Shown here piece after piece: positions 26,201 through 41,097 of a stretch of DNA of 64,000 nucleotides. The number at the start of each line of letters is the position of its first letter. Positions within the stretch are counted from its first letter, which is position 1. The stretch spans positions 42,036,001 through 42,100,000 of the forward strand of contig NC_043010.1 in the NCBI RefSeq assembly GCF_006345805.1, in the 5' to 3' direction. The notes under the pieces were generated by a model that saw nothing but the letters and a program-made list of their open reading frames with translations, ran no database searches and had not been told where the DNA came from. This DNA comes from Octopus sinensis (lineage: Eukaryota). The position numbers and the translations under genes are program-made.

Positions 26201-28218
26201 AGCTATGCGCAAGCAGAAATTGTTGCAACTGCAACGAAACCAACACGAGGAGCGGAGAGAAGGGAAAACAAAAGGTTAGAAGAGAATAGGAATGTAATTC
26301 AAAAACAATATGTGCAAACTTCAGCGACAACACAATCCTATCAACCACTTGTTACTAATGTTACCACTCAGCAGACTATCGGAGGAGGTTACCAACAGAC
26401 AATTAAAAAAACAGAGCAACATAAATATCAACAAAAACAACTAATTCTGCAACAGAACACGTCATGTTTACGATCATCAGCATCGTCAAACAGGGAGTTG
26501 GCATCTAGTTGTATCAAAGGACAAGATGGTGTTTATTTTGAGCCTGGAACATTTAATAAAACAGATATAGAACAAAGAGATTTTAATAGTATTAACAACA
26601 GAAGAATCAACATCAGTAACAATGGAACTGATTATACAAATGTATACTCCCGGGAGAGGCAGCAAGGGGCAAAATCAATCACATCCACTGATGGTACCGA
26701 TTCATTGGAGCGGTCCTGGAACCTTGATAATGGCCAGAATTTAAGTTCCACTCAAGAAACGAGTGATGTCCGAAATCCGAGGTATAAGTCACCAGAATTA
26801 AAGAAAACTAAGAATAATCTCAGTGAAGATAAATGTCAACACAGTCAACCGGATCAAATTAGCCGAAAGACTGCAGAGCCAAGTAATTACCCATTAGTTT
26901 GTACTGTTTATACTGCCGATGGTCTGGAAACCATTCCGATATATCCGTATTATATTAGTAACAGTACTGACGGCGGAGACTCGAACTATCAGGACAACTA
27001 CTCAAGTAGCTATCATTTTAATGTGGGAGATTCGAAACATACAGCTTCGTCGAAAATAGCTTTTACAAAATTAGTGGACTGTACAGAGGCTTCGTCCCAG
27101 ACCGAAACCACATCTCCAGCAATTAGTCAAGTATCGTCGATTAGTTCAACAGCTGGTACATCATCGAGAGCGGTGACAGTTTTAGCAGCATCTGCATTAG
27201 CAACCACCTCTTTAGCCGCTGCTACATCAGCCAGACGAACTAAAGCGTGTGCTGAAAAGAAGAAAAAACTACAAGAAACTATTCAACCATGTTCCGGTAA
27301 AATCACAACAAACCAAGGCGATGTGCGCTATAGCAACAGAACAGCATACCAGGTTTTCCATCCTGACAACAGCTCCAGTCACTTACCTACTACTGTAGCA
27401 TACGACTCTTGTCAGAACTTTCACAATGATAGCTGCTGGCCTGTAACCCACGTAGCTAAGAGTCAGGGCTTAAGTCACGCAGGGAATGCACCAGCCTTAG
27501 CAACTTACCGAACGAAGGAATCCAGTGAAGCCATACCAAATATTGTTTTGCCGAAAACAGTGTCTAAGGCAGACCACGTTGCTAGAAGTAATCGACGAAT
27601 TAGCTCAGCACCTTTACAACATCAAGAGACACCTTTAATTGCATCAGGTCATCAAAATTATTCTAATGTATATGCATACCCTCCTCCCCCACCCTATCCT
27701 CCCCCTCCTCTTCCGCTACCTTCTTCTCAGCATCCCTGCGCTTGCTCTCATCAATGTTTACAACCGTCGCGGCAATCGTGTTTACGGTTTAACAACAACG
27801 TTGACACAAACACATTAAATGCCCCGTTGTTGTCTAACACTAGCACGACTATAGCAGCAGCTACTAATATTACGTCTACGACTACACTTTCTGCTGGGGA
27901 TCTACTCAAAACAAACTGTCAAATAGAAACCGGAGACGATGGATTTACTTCGATATCTAACCATGGAAGACGAATGAAAATAAGTAATCATAATAATAAT
28001 AATAATAATAATAGTAATAATAATAATAATAATAATCCAAACAGATTTTGCAACGATAACTGGCAAAGCGCCTATAGCGATTCCCAAAAGATGTCATCGT
28101 CCCGAAAGCCCCCACGACGAACTCGAGTAATGGATCCACCTGTAAACTTTCACAATCGACGAGACAGGTCGTTTGGGTTTTTATCATTTCGTCTTGGAGG
28201 AACAGAGAAGAATTTCAG
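23201..28218 (+). CDS. Giant coding exon of an unidentified host gene; ~1670-aa Ser/Thr/Lys/Gln-rich, probably disordered protein region
   Basis: Uninterrupted 5-kb ORF in AT-rich DNA; AAAATGG start context at 23201; ends at CAG|GTAAAT donor (GT 28219-28220), with in-frame TAA at 28220-28222 if unspliced; basic NLS-like runs, PPPPPYPPPP, poly-N; no folded domain recognised. Confidence 0.85.
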
Positions 28219-28765
28219 GTAAATAAGAAGCAGAAATGCCACAGTTAAGGTTTACAATTTCTTATTTGAGCTGTTTTCTTCGTTTTGTGTGCCATGTGTT
28301 TTAATTTCAACTTTATATTTCAGAATTTTACTTCGTGTTTTGAAACTACCACTTTGTACTTCATATTATTTACATGTACACACGCGTGTACATGTACACA
28401 CACATACACACAGAATCTTATGTCAATATAGAATAAACAGTAAATATAATGCATGCAGGAGTGTGTGTGTGTGTATGTGTGTATGTGTGTGTGTGCGTGC
28501 TCGTGGAATGCAAGGAAGAGTGAGAACAAGCGGGTAGGGTAGGCTGACAAATTGAAAGATTGAGTGAGCGAGAGATGGTGAGAGACACTACGAGGGTTAC
28601 GTTTTGGTCAGTAATTGTCATACTTGTTCCGTACAATTACACAAGTTAAAATAAAATTATCAATACAACACATTAAAAATAAAGACAACCACAACCTAAG
28701 TGAAAATATTTATTCTTTTAATGTTATTATAAGTTGGGGTGAACCGCAGACGCCTACCCCCACTC

Positions 28766-28829
<64 letters not shown>

Positions 28830-29532
28830 TGTACTTCATATGTATTTCTGTATAACTTGATACAACTTCACACTCATACACACACGTTTGCGCGCATGCA
28901 CACACAGGCGCGCATGTACACACACACACATGCATAAACAGACAATCACACACGCACACACACACACATACACACACCTACATATATGCGTGCGTGAGCG
29001 CGTGAGCGTTTCTAAATAGTACAGGTATTCTTAGTCATACGGCTAAGGTTCCTGGAAATCGTAAAAAAAGTATTCAACAAATTTAAAGTCAGAGTTACAG
29101 TAACCTTTAAAATATTGAATATGAATTCAACATAATATAATATCAACGTAATATATACAATATGATATAAAATATAATATGATATTAATGATATAATATA
29201 GAACATACATCCCCACAACCCACAAATTCGCACATACACAGAGTAATGTTTGTATCTAAATGAACTGTGCCTCTGCTTCCTGTTTCCTCTTATATTTTAT
29301 CCATCTAAAAAAATCCTCGGCGACACTACGTTGGTGTTGCACATGTGTGACGTTCACGCTTAGTCATCAAACATAGATGAAAACAAAATAAAACATAATA
29401 AGACACAAAAAGAAAATGACTCTCCCCAGACACAATAAAATAAAACACTTAACCTTGTATTTACATCTTTATTGATGTTTGAAAAAAAAGGAGCTATAGG
29501 GCAGACAACTAGAGACATATGTAAACAGGTCG

Positions 29533-29637
29533 ATTAGTTTCAGACGCGTCGCGTGCTGCGACAGACTGGAGGAGAATTTTCTTGTCTGACAGATATAGAC
29601 GGAAGTTTTCTGATTCCATTTCTCACTGCAATGTGGA
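29533..29637 (+). other. Candidate short exon (possibly alternative first exon)
   Basis: CpG-rich patch starting at Inr-like TTAGTT, ending ATGTGGA|GTAAGT (consensus donor at 29638). Confidence 0.3.
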
Positions 29638-30298
29638 GTAAGTATTGTCAAGTTTGCAATGAGTTAAAAGTTCTGATAGCTAATCTGCTAGTTCGCCCTC
29701 CAAATGGGACATCATGAAGGGGTTATTAAGTGATTATTTGACCTGCTAAAAATAGCAGCAGGATTTTTCTGAAATCATACTCTACAGCATTTTTTAAAAA
29801 ATGCAGATGATAATGTTGTTCTTGACACTGCATATATCTGAATAAAATACAGGAGGGCCACGTCAGGAAGGACTTCGATCGTAGCTCTGCTCGATCAATG
29901 CTAACTTAGACTTAAACAATAACCACAGAAAATATAAAGTGAGGGGAATCAAGCCCACAGTGAGTCTCAACGTAGACACTCGCTGTGCTAGAAACAGTAG
30001 TCAAATCTCAAGTCGTACGTTACCGTGTTTAACGATTGCGCACGAAAGGCGAGATGGTCACGGTTGTAAACACTTTTGATAAGTCAGCTGAATTTAAGGC
30101 TGACCTGGGAGTAAGCAACAACAAACATTAAAAGTAACAAAAGTATATTCAAGTTCTAAAGTAATTTAATTAAACAAAAAATAACTAAATAAGAAAAAAT
30201 AGTGAAAAAAAAAACAATAATTGTTTCTTATAATTAATGATACTTACTATTCTTAATATTTGATTAAAATCCCATCAACGTAATTTAAGCATCACTGA

Positions 30299-30398
30299 NN
30301 NNNNNNNNNNNNNNNNNNNNNNNNNNNNNNNNNNNNNNNNNNNNNNNNNNNNNNNNNNNNNNNNNNNNNNNNNNNNNNNNNNNNNNNNNNNNNNNNNN
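30299..30398. other. Assembly gap (100 N)
   Basis: Run of n. Confidence 1.
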
Positions 30399-31450
30399 CC
30401 CTCAAGAATCGCCGGGTATCTGCACCCGGCCATTTAAAAAAAATCTGGGAAAACCAGATTCTTGGCTGATTGGGTCCACAGGATCAACACAGCTTTTGAC
30501 CCAACCAAATCAACCACAGGCAAAATTTTAACATTGAGGAGCTTGGCACCGCTGCCAACCAGATCCCGTCGGATAGTCTTCTCTATCCACTCGGGTTTTA
30601 TCCCGGGTGGAAACCCGCAGACACAAGCTCTTGTCAACTTCTTCCAAGAATACGTGGGAAGAAACAAAATTCTCTTTGCCCTCCAAGGACTGGCTCACAA
30701 ATTTGCGAGCCTCCTTGGGGGTCTCATATAGCTACCACCCTGTTGCATATTTGACCCCCACCCTTGGAGATGAATTTAATAGTTGGTAAATATTGTGCCA
30801 ACTCTTTCTCAATTTCAGTCTTTTGAAAGAGGGCGATGGTGTCGAGTGACTTGGAGTGCGGTCGCAGCACCACCGTCCTCTCATCAAAGTCTTTCATCCA
30901 CTGTTTGGGTTGGACAATCTCCCACTCCAACACAGTGTTATTTATCTTCTTTGTTATGCTTCTTTCTTGAAATGAAAAAGGTCACAAAAACCAAAAGTTC
31001 CGACTTCAAAAAGAAAAATACAGAAAAGAAGGAAGAAGACGAGAAACAGTTAAAAAAAACAGCAAATTCTTCTGGCTGTCCTAGTACTCGTGGCCAACTT
31101 GGTAACCCCCCTGGCAAGAGCACAATACAGTCGCAAAAAATAGCACAATTTTATGAGGGATACGCCCCCAAAACACACTTCTCACCGCTAAGTGAGACTT
31201 TAAACACAACTACAGGCAGACAAATGCGTGGAACTCAGTGGGGATTTCTTGTTCGACAAAAATAAATAAACACGAGCAATAAACCTCCAATGAATCCCCC
31301 ACAAAACAAATGTCTTACCTTGTAGTTGTGCTTCACTTGTTCAACAATTCACGGGGCTAGTGGACAGCGACATGCCTCCAGCAGCGAAGACAAACACATC
31401 CACACAGTTGTGAGCGAAGCAAGCTTCTTGCCACACAGCAATACTTGCGC
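30399..31450 (-). mobile_element. 5' end (UTR + broken ORF1) of a Tx1/L1-like LINE, cut by the gap
   Basis: Consecutive - strand ORFs DERTVVLR.. and FLPTY..CGFPPGIKPEWI resemble LINE ORF1 N-termini; GC-richer than flanks. Confidence 0.5.
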
Positions 31451-31504
31451 CTAATTATACATACATACATACATACATACATACATACATACATACATAC
31501 ATAA

Positions 31505-31785
31505 CCCTATGGTTCTGGATTCGGTCCCACTGCTTGGCACATGGGGTGTCTTCTACTATTGCCACGGGCTGACTAAAGCCTTGTGAGGGGTTTTGAAAGA
31601 TGGAAACTAAAAATAGTCCATCGCACACATATATATATATATATATATATACGCTTGACAACCGGTGCTGGTTTGGTTATGGCCCTCTCGTCAGTTAGCA
31701 GTTCTGCATAAGAGATCGATAGAATGAGAAGTTGTTCGACCAAACCCCAGCATGAAGCAATCCAATGACTAAAAGACATAAAAGA
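31505..31785 (+). mobile_element. SINE family C, degenerate
   Basis: Matches 63108-63531 reverse complement (GTGTCTTCTACTAT..AAAGCCTTGTGAG..GGAAACT). Confidence 0.65.
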
Positions 31786-31842
31786 GAAAATACATACATT
31801 TATGCATGCATACATATCTACATACATGAGAGTATATATATA

Positions 31843-31877
<35 letters not shown>

Positions 31878-32224
31878 GTGTGTGTGTGTATGTGTGTGTA
31901 TGTGTGTGTGTGTATGTGTGTGTGTGTGTGTGTTTGTGTGTTTGTATTCAGCTGCCCGTCGGTTCACACAGTAGAACACTTACACGAGTTATCATGCAAA
32001 TTGGAACCATGTAAAACAGGGGAGGGGGATGGTTTTAGAATGGTGGCTTGACAGAATCTATAGAGCATTGAGAAAAATATGATTGTAAATATTCTGGCTC
32101 TTCCTTAGTTCAAATCACGCACCTTTAATTCGAAATGGATAATAATTAGGTACCAGTCAAATCCTGGGGGTTGACTGGTATCCACTAACACCTTGCTCCA
32201 AATTCTAGGTTTGTATACTTATTG

Positions 32225-32812
32225 ATTTCAAATTTCGGCACAGGGACTATACTTTCTATGGCGGGAGGAAGTCAATTACATCGACAAACTCTTCCCCAGT
32301 GCTCAACTGGTACTTAATTTATCGGCCTCGAAAGGATGAAAAGTAAAGTCGACTTTGGTAGAATATGGACACAGAACATAAAACGGAAGAAATACCTATT
32401 TCTTTACTGCCCACAAGGGGCTAAACACAGAGAGGACAAACAAGGACAGACAAACGGATTAAGTCGATTAAATCGACCCCAGTGCGTGACCGGTACTTAA
32501 TTTATCGATCCCGAAAGGATGAAAGGCAAAGTCGACCTCGGCGGAATTTGAACTCAGAACGTAGCGGCAGACGAAATTCCTATTTCTATACTACCCACAA
32601 GGGGCTAAACACAGAGAGGACAAACAAGGACAGACAAACGGATTAAGTCGATTACATCGACCCCAGTGCGTGACTGGTACTTAATTTATCGATCCTGAAA
32701 GGATGAAAGGCAAAGTCGACCTCGGTGGAATTTGAACTCAGAACTTAACGACAGACGAAATAACGCTAAGCATTTCGCCCGGCATGCTAACGCTTCTGCC
32801 AGCTCGCCGCCT
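32225..32812 (-). mobile_element. Head-to-tail trimer of SINE family A
   Basis: Two near-identical ~183-bp tail-A units followed on - strand by an older tail-B unit. Confidence 0.85.
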
Positions 32813-33840
32813 TGGCTGGTACACATAGTGGTTTCAAATTTAGGCACAAGGCCAAAAATTTTGTGGGATGGGGTAAGTCGATCACATCGACCCCGATAGG
32901 ATGAAAAGCAAAGTCCATCTCGGTGGCATCTGAACTCAGGGCGTAAAGACGCACGAAATGGTGCTAAGCATTTTTAATGATTCTGTCCACATGCAACTTA
33001 TTAGAAACGAATATTAATAAGAAAAATATAAACAAACAGTAAACATTTATTAAAATGTTGATAAATAATCAATATTATTTTCCTATGTGTGGGGTGCATA
33101 TATATGTGTGTGTGTGTGTGATGTGCGTGTGAGAAAGAGAGAAAGGGAGACGGACAGACAGACAAAGAGAGAGAGAGAAGCTTCGAATGTATTCATAATG
33201 ATTTGTGCGTAAGATCCAACTATTGTCTCGGTTCTGGTTTGTTTCTTCCGTTCATTTGTTTTGTTTATATTAAAACTGTTTAGCAGCTTCCGTTGAACTT
33301 TTTAGATTTTGAATTTAATTTAACGACTTAATTCACATTTCCCGAGAAATCGACTTTCTTGATGTTTGAAAATCTATTATTCAGTCTCGGAAAAGTAACA
33401 AAATATACGAAATATAATTAACGTTGGTGCTATTTTAGCACAACACCTACCTGACTAAGCGAACAATTGAAACGAAAGTAAACACAATAGAAAATTTAAA
33501 AAAACGAAAACAAAGACAACGAATTGGATATTTAATTTTATAAACCGGCCAAAATCAAAACTGTGTTAAAATGAAACTGTGCAAAACGATTAACGTGTAA
33601 CACGAGGGACAACTATAAATATGTATGTGTAGTGTGTGTATATGTGCTTGTTTGTGTGTGTTTTCGCATACATACATATGTATACATATATACATACATA
33701 TATTACATATACAAACACACATACATACACACACATACACACACACACACACTTATATATCTACATACATGCACCCAAACACTTTTCATTTCATTTCATC
33801 TAGTTTCAGCTCACGAGCTGTGGCCATGCTGGGGCACACT

Positions 33841-33893
<53 letters not shown>

Positions 33894-34150
33894 TATATAT
33901 ACTTCTTTTTTTAATGACTTCAGCCAGCAGCCAAGACCATGTTGCGGCACTGCCTTTTAACGTTGTTGATTTTCTTTACTGTATTGTTTTTGGTGAAGCA
34001 GGGAGTTGGACAGAGCTGCTCTTCTTTGCACCACCTGCAGTGATATGGGTTCCTTCGGTATCTCAGATAAAAATTTGTCTAAACGTTCCTTGAAAACCTA
34101 CACATCTATATCTCGCAGATACACGCGCGCGAGCACATACATACATGCAT

Positions 34151-34185
<35 letters not shown>

Positions 34186-34527
34186 CACAAGCACACACGC
34201 ATACACACAACAAAATCTCGCATGAAAATCTCACAAATAATCAAAACAAAAGCAAAAGGAAGACATCTCCAATAACAGACACTCAGATTCAAAATCCATT
34301 GATACCATCGCAAATGCAGCGACGAAAAATATTTCTGGAGTAAATGAATAAATAAATAAATACATAAATGCATGGAACTTGAACTGGTGGATGTGTTATA
34401 TTAAGTACTATGATTCTACCCAAATACAACAGAATTCGTTTCAATACACGAGTTCACATAAAGAATCTTGCAAACCAGATACAAAGTCCAATTATGATTT
34501 TCTATTCCCTGGTTCTGATGATCTCAG

Positions 34528-34587
34528 AATCCAACCAGTTACTCGCCCGCGCAGTGCTCGTGAGAGTGACTGATTGTATGGCCAAGG
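34528..34587 (+). other. Candidate 60-nt exon
   Basis: Pyrimidine tract + CTCAG acceptor, AGG|GTATGT donor, GC-rich; phase-1 frame open (SNQLLARAVLVRVTDCMAK); phase-2 frame gives RIQPVTRPRSARESD*. Confidence 0.3.
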
Positions 34588-35961
34588 GTATGTCTGAGAG
34601 AACCATGTGTTTATATATATATATTCCTTTTTATACGTTTAATGTAGGTAAGGGTAAACTTTAATGTAAGTTATTATCACTAGTTTCCTTGGTGAATTTG
34701 AGGAGTGGGTGAAGGTTATATACATACATTTATGCACATGTAAGGGTTTGTGTGCGTAACTGAAGTACAATACAACCAGCCGTCACTCACTGCTGAAAAT
34801 TATGAAGGAATTTTAAAATTAAGAAAAGAATAATGAAAAATGCTGCAGTTCTGTTGGGGTAGAAAAAGTTCAGTCGTGAGTTCAATCTTTGTGAGATATT
34901 GCATTGTGTGAACTGGCATACTTTCAGTATGTGTTTTCATTCGTTAAAAGTCTTTGATCTTGCTCTGGGAAAAACGATTACTCTTTTGAACTTAGAAAAA
35001 TTGTTGGTTTCATTAGTTCATTACAATTTCCTGATGACAAGGTGAAGACATTTCGAACCAGTGATGTATGGGCGTGCGGTTTCGATGACTGGCCAATCAG
35101 TTTTGAAGCTGTAGACAACTCTGAACTTAGGTTTCTAGAGTTATTTAAACGGTGTAGGTGAGTCTCTTCTACTTTTCCGTTGTATACGAATTTGAGGCTA
35201 TTTTCGGTTACACATTTATATATAACCTTTTTGTATCATCATTGTTGCAGATAGAGAACTTTACGCACTAAAGAAAGTACAGGTGTTATTTGAGTGGCAA
35301 TTGCATTTGGAAAGGAAAGTTTGTGCATTCAGAAGTTTTTTTATTAACTGTTGATAAAGAAGCGGCGAAGCTGGCAGTACAGGAGTAGCTAATGTTAACA
35401 CTACTTTTGTTAAAGATTACTCCTGTGATGCGGTTTTATGATTTCTTATCGAAGGATATGACTGAAATCCTCTTATTGACGATACTAAGTAAGCAGTTAG
35501 CAAAATCGGGAAAGCGAGTTAAAGATATTAAATATATTTTTAGGTTTCATGGTTTTCTGTATAGGTTGTATTTCCAGGAATCTATGTTGCAGGTAATATC
35601 TAAGAAATTAACTGGCGATGATTTGGGGGTCAAATTCTTTTAAAATGTCGATTAGGTCGTTTCTAAGTAAAAAAAAAAAAGAGAGAGAGAGAAAAAAAAC
35701 GTTGACTACTTTATTACGGAATTAGATCAATTCATCATTTCTGCAGGGCACAAATTTTAGCTGCTTAAATATTTTCTGAAGCGTATCTGAAAAAGATAAG
35801 CCCATGACATTGTATACGAAATCTTCTTACATCATAGCAAACCACAGAAATGTCAGATAGTTCGATGCTTTTACATTTGGCCTAGAGAAAGCCGTAATAA
35901 TAAAATGCAAGTATTATGTTTATGACGTATGTCATCATATCAAGTTATATTACATTATGTA

Positions 35962-37771
35962 GGCATAGGCATGGCTGTGTGGTAAGAAGCTCGTTGACTG
36001 AGGTCAGTGTTGTTTTTGTTCCGAAAGGAATTTTATCGTTTAATATTGGATTTGTTATTGTATTTTTGAATTATTATTGTGGAACTTTGTGCTGTTGCCC
36101 GATATATCGGGTGATAAAAAGTGTTATTTCTTTTTGTAGCCATTGTGGCAATTTTTAAACAAAATACTGCGAAAAAATTGAATTTGTTAAAGTCGTTTTA
36201 GACTTTAATTTGGTGCACTGGCCCCTGCGAGGGGGGGGGAGTTGAACTGTTGTCGAAAAATCTATAAAGTATTTTGTGCGAAAATTTATTTTAGATTTTC
36301 CTTGTGGAAAACCGATTTTTATGTTATATTTTCTTGTGTAATTAATTTCGGCAGAGCATGTCGGTCGAAATTATACATGAAGGTGACAGAAGTGCTACCA
36401 GAAGTAGACCCAAGAGAGGTGATGGCCGCCCTGTTGTTTAACAGGGCTGACAAGATCCAATTCCTCCAGATTACATGCTCTATCCCCACCCCCACCCGGA
36501 ATTGGCTTATGCGGATGACATCACCATCATCGTGGCGGATGAGGGCCAGCTTCCAGTGGTAGAAGAGGCCATCAAAAGTTACGAGCCAGTAGCAGGAGCA
36601 AAGGTTAACAAGTACAAGTCAGTCAGTTTGCAACTCGGCACCTGGAGGGACAAGCAGATGACGTCCAATAACGTCGTCGGACGTTGGGCGGAAAGTTCTG
36701 TTAAGCTGCTCGGAGTCTGGTTTGGTCCAGACCTCCAGATAGAGAAAACTTGGAGTGAGGTAACCAGCAGGGTGGCTGCTCTAACCCAGACCTGGTATGG
36801 GCGGGCGTTATCCTTGCAAGAGAAGGCGGAGGTGGTGCAGATGTTTAGAGCATCAGTTATCACCTACCGTCTTACCGCGGTGCCTTGCCCCGATTTGTGG
36901 TTGAACAAGTTGGAGAGAATCCTTTTCCGCTTTTCGTGGAAAGGAGGAAAGCCGCCTGTGAAGCGCTCTGTATGCTGCCAGAAACCGCTAAGGGGTGGGT
37001 TAGGGATGCCTTGATTGAAGATGCGAAAATTCGCGTTAAGGATGAGGCACTTACCTGGATGGGGAGTAAGTATGGTCAACGCACGTCCGGTTCTACCTTC
37101 AACGTTTAACGTCCTTAACGGACATTGGAGCATGTATCAAGCAGAGACCTGGGCTGGGGGACTGGGAATTGGAGTGCCGTCAGGCATTTTAGCTACTTTC
37201 TCGAGCGGGCAATGCCGGCAGCAGGAGTACCACAACGAGGACAGCCTTGGCAACGAGGACAGCCTTGGACCGTCACTTCAAAGCCAAACACGAAGGGTGC
37301 AGAGTTCGGGCTAAAGTGCAGGATTAATGTACGGTAGAAAGCCAGCGTAGCAACGATGCCACAATTATGTCTCTGGTGAATGACGGTGGGTGTTCGGTCC
37401 GAGGCAAATTGTTGCTTTTTGCAACAATATTTATGTAAATAATTTTTTAAATTACATCTGTAATCATATCATTCATAGGAACATTAATTTTTAACTAAAA
37501 GCAACTTATTCACCATTTGTGTTTGTCTGTCCTTGTCCGTCCCATCTGTGTACTGCTTTTATGGCAAATTTCGTGAAATAAAGAAGCTTGCTTCTCAATC
37601 ACATGGTTCCAGGTTCAGTCCCACCGCGTGGCACCTTGAGCAAGTGTCTTCTACTGTAGCATCGAGCTAACCAAAGCCTGGTGAGTTGATTCGGTTGAGG
37701 GAAACTGAAAGAAGCCCGTCGTATATATATATATACATACACACATATATATCTATACACACACACACACA

Positions 37772-37811
<40 letters not shown>

Positions 37812-37970
37812 TGTGTTTACGTCCCGGTAACATAGCGGTTCAGCAAAGATATTGATAGAGTAAGTACTAGGTTTAAAAGATAACTCCTGGGGTCGATTTG
37901 TTCGACTAAAACCCTTCAAGGAGGTGCTCCAGCATGGCTGCAGTCAAGTGACTGAAACAAGTAAAAGAGT
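35962..37970 (+). mobile_element. SINE family C split by a LINE insertion (head 35962-35991, remainder 37581-37970)
   Basis: Removing 35992-37588 restores GGCTGTGTGGTAAGAAGCTTGCTT..CACATGGTTC, matching the intact copy at 63531. Confidence 0.85.
35992..37580 (+). mobile_element. Internally deleted Tx1/L1-like LINE with 8-bp TSD
   Basis: RT motifs AYADDITI, GAKVN..KS, KLLGVWFG, GGLGMP in ORF 36475-37014; TSD AAGAAGCT at 35984-35991 and 37581-37588. Confidence 0.85.
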
Positions 37971-38060
37971 ATGTTGTATTGTAGTATTGCATTATGGCGT
38001 GCTATTATACATAATAACTACGCGCGCGCACGCACACATACATAGAATGCGTGTGTGTGT

Positions 38061-39200
<1,140 letters not shown>

Positions 39201-39665
39201 TATATGAATATATGTGGATGGATGAGATTTTAGTTGGCACTTAACCAATGTTTGTTGATAGTTAATGGATTGGATGTGGTACTGAAGAAGGCGCAATAAC
39301 TCCTGAAATATGCATATACACTCATTACCTATATGTATACGTATTCATGTAAATGTAACTTTCAGTGGTAGCTCTAAGTTCTATAGAAAATCTGCAGAAA
39401 TAAAGTGAAAAGTGATTTTATGTCTTTTATTCATTCACAAATATGTTGGTACCACGTCATAGTTAGTGGTAAACTACCTAAGCAGACACATTTTGTTGTA
39501 CATGCAATGGACGTCGGAACACATCAAAAGAATGACTTTAGCTTTCGCGCTAACATAGAAAGAAAATATATATGCAAAGAAAAGCAATTTACAATTCTAT
39601 CTCTCACTAGAGATGGTTCCATTGTGGAATAGGATTTATATCGCAGTATGCCGTAAAATCATTCT

Positions 39666-40128
39666 TGTAGTTGCAATTGCGAGGGAGGTGATTTGGAAGA
39701 CGAGGCTGAAAGGTATAGAGCCAGGCAATTTCATCTCTAGCCCTAGATTGGTGAATTACTTCATCTTCCACCTGAAAAGGAAAATAGGGCTGGAGAGAAA
39801 ATGCCTGACTGAGAAAGTGTTTGAAAATCGATGGAAGAGTGTAGCACGGATGTTGCGTGTGGATGGAACCGCATGAAAGCAAAACAGAACGAAACCCAGG
39901 TATCAGTGGCGAGGCGGGGCTCGTGGGGTCCGAGCTAAATCCTCCCCCACTCCATCCATAATGTCTTTCGGTCTGTCTTAGCATTCGATTTCTCCGATTT
40001 CATTATATGTTTGTAATTATGTGTAAATTTTTAATTTCATCCTTTGTGTAAAATCATTCGTGAATCTGACCCCAAATCAGGTTGTATTGTCCCCTCTTTG
40101 TTCGCCCCTTGTGGGTAATAAAAAAAAG
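39666..40128 (+). mobile_element. 5'-truncated Tx1/L1-like LINE (ORF2 C-terminus + 3' UTR) with 20-bp TSD
   Basis: GTATGCCGTAAAATCATTCT at 39646-39665 and 40129-40148; AREVIWKTR..F..RW C-terminal pattern; A-rich tail. Confidence 0.8.
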
Positions 40129-41097
40129 GTATGCCGTAAAATCATTCTCTCATTTCATAATCACTGAATTCATCCACTTAACAGTAGCAACAAACACGTC
40201 CTGTTCTCTCTGATACTCATTCTCACCACCTCCTCATATTGCCGCTGACTTTTCGAGTTAATCATTGATTGATCCCTGTTGGACGTGAATTGCATCGTTA
40301 TTAATTGTCGCTGATTTGCAGCGGTTTTGCTGGTGGTGCTTTCTCTCCGCTTTGGGGAGAGTTGGCCAGGATAATGCCTAGAAATGCGTTTTATTCGGAC
40401 CTTAGCTGGTTGGAATTGTCCACCTCATTATACCATACGTTCGTGAAATGAAATACGAACATTATACCATACGTTCTATTTATTTATTTTGTTTTTCATT
40501 TGTTCTGTGTCCCCAAATGTATTGTGTTGTCCCCTCTTTGTTGGTCCTATATGGAAAATATAAAATAACTCACTCGCACCACCCTCTTGTTTTGCTACAC
40601 TAGAGATAATATTGTAATTTGAACTATGCTATAAAATGTTTCATTTATTATTCCATTGAAAGAGAATACTTGTCACATGCGTACATATTGATGTGGTTAA
40701 TAAATAAGATTCACTCCTATCAAATTGATTTCTTATCTGCGGGGTACCTACACCTTCACAGCGAGGAAGAGCTTTGTTGTTAAAAGCCAGATGCGTTGAC
40801 CTAAATACCAATTCAGTTGGTATGGAAGACAGCACATGCAGCATACGATTTCCAAGAAGATTTGTCAAGGAGACCCAAACAGCTTAAGATAGCTATATCA
40901 TTTATGGAAGATCCACAGAAGCTCGGGTTTTTTAAATTGTCGTTGCGCATCAATACCGCTGCTCATTTCTGGAATATGAAGAAATTTCAAGATCACCTTA
41001 ATGGTACAGACACCAAGCTTTCCACGAGGACTCAATACTCTCCTAGCATATGTACAAGACCTTAGAGCAGATTCTATCATCAGATACCACACATCTC

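Noticed and set aside
23928-28187. Short overlapping and antisense ORFs inside the giant exon
   Set aside because: Shadow frames with no independent support
32225-32812. Regular repeats resembling a CRISPR array or satellite
   Set aside because: Units are SINE bodies with no unique spacers; eukaryotic context
35029-35065. CTGATGA..hairpin..GAAC hammerhead-like string
   Set aside because: Lacks GAAA and convincing stems I and III
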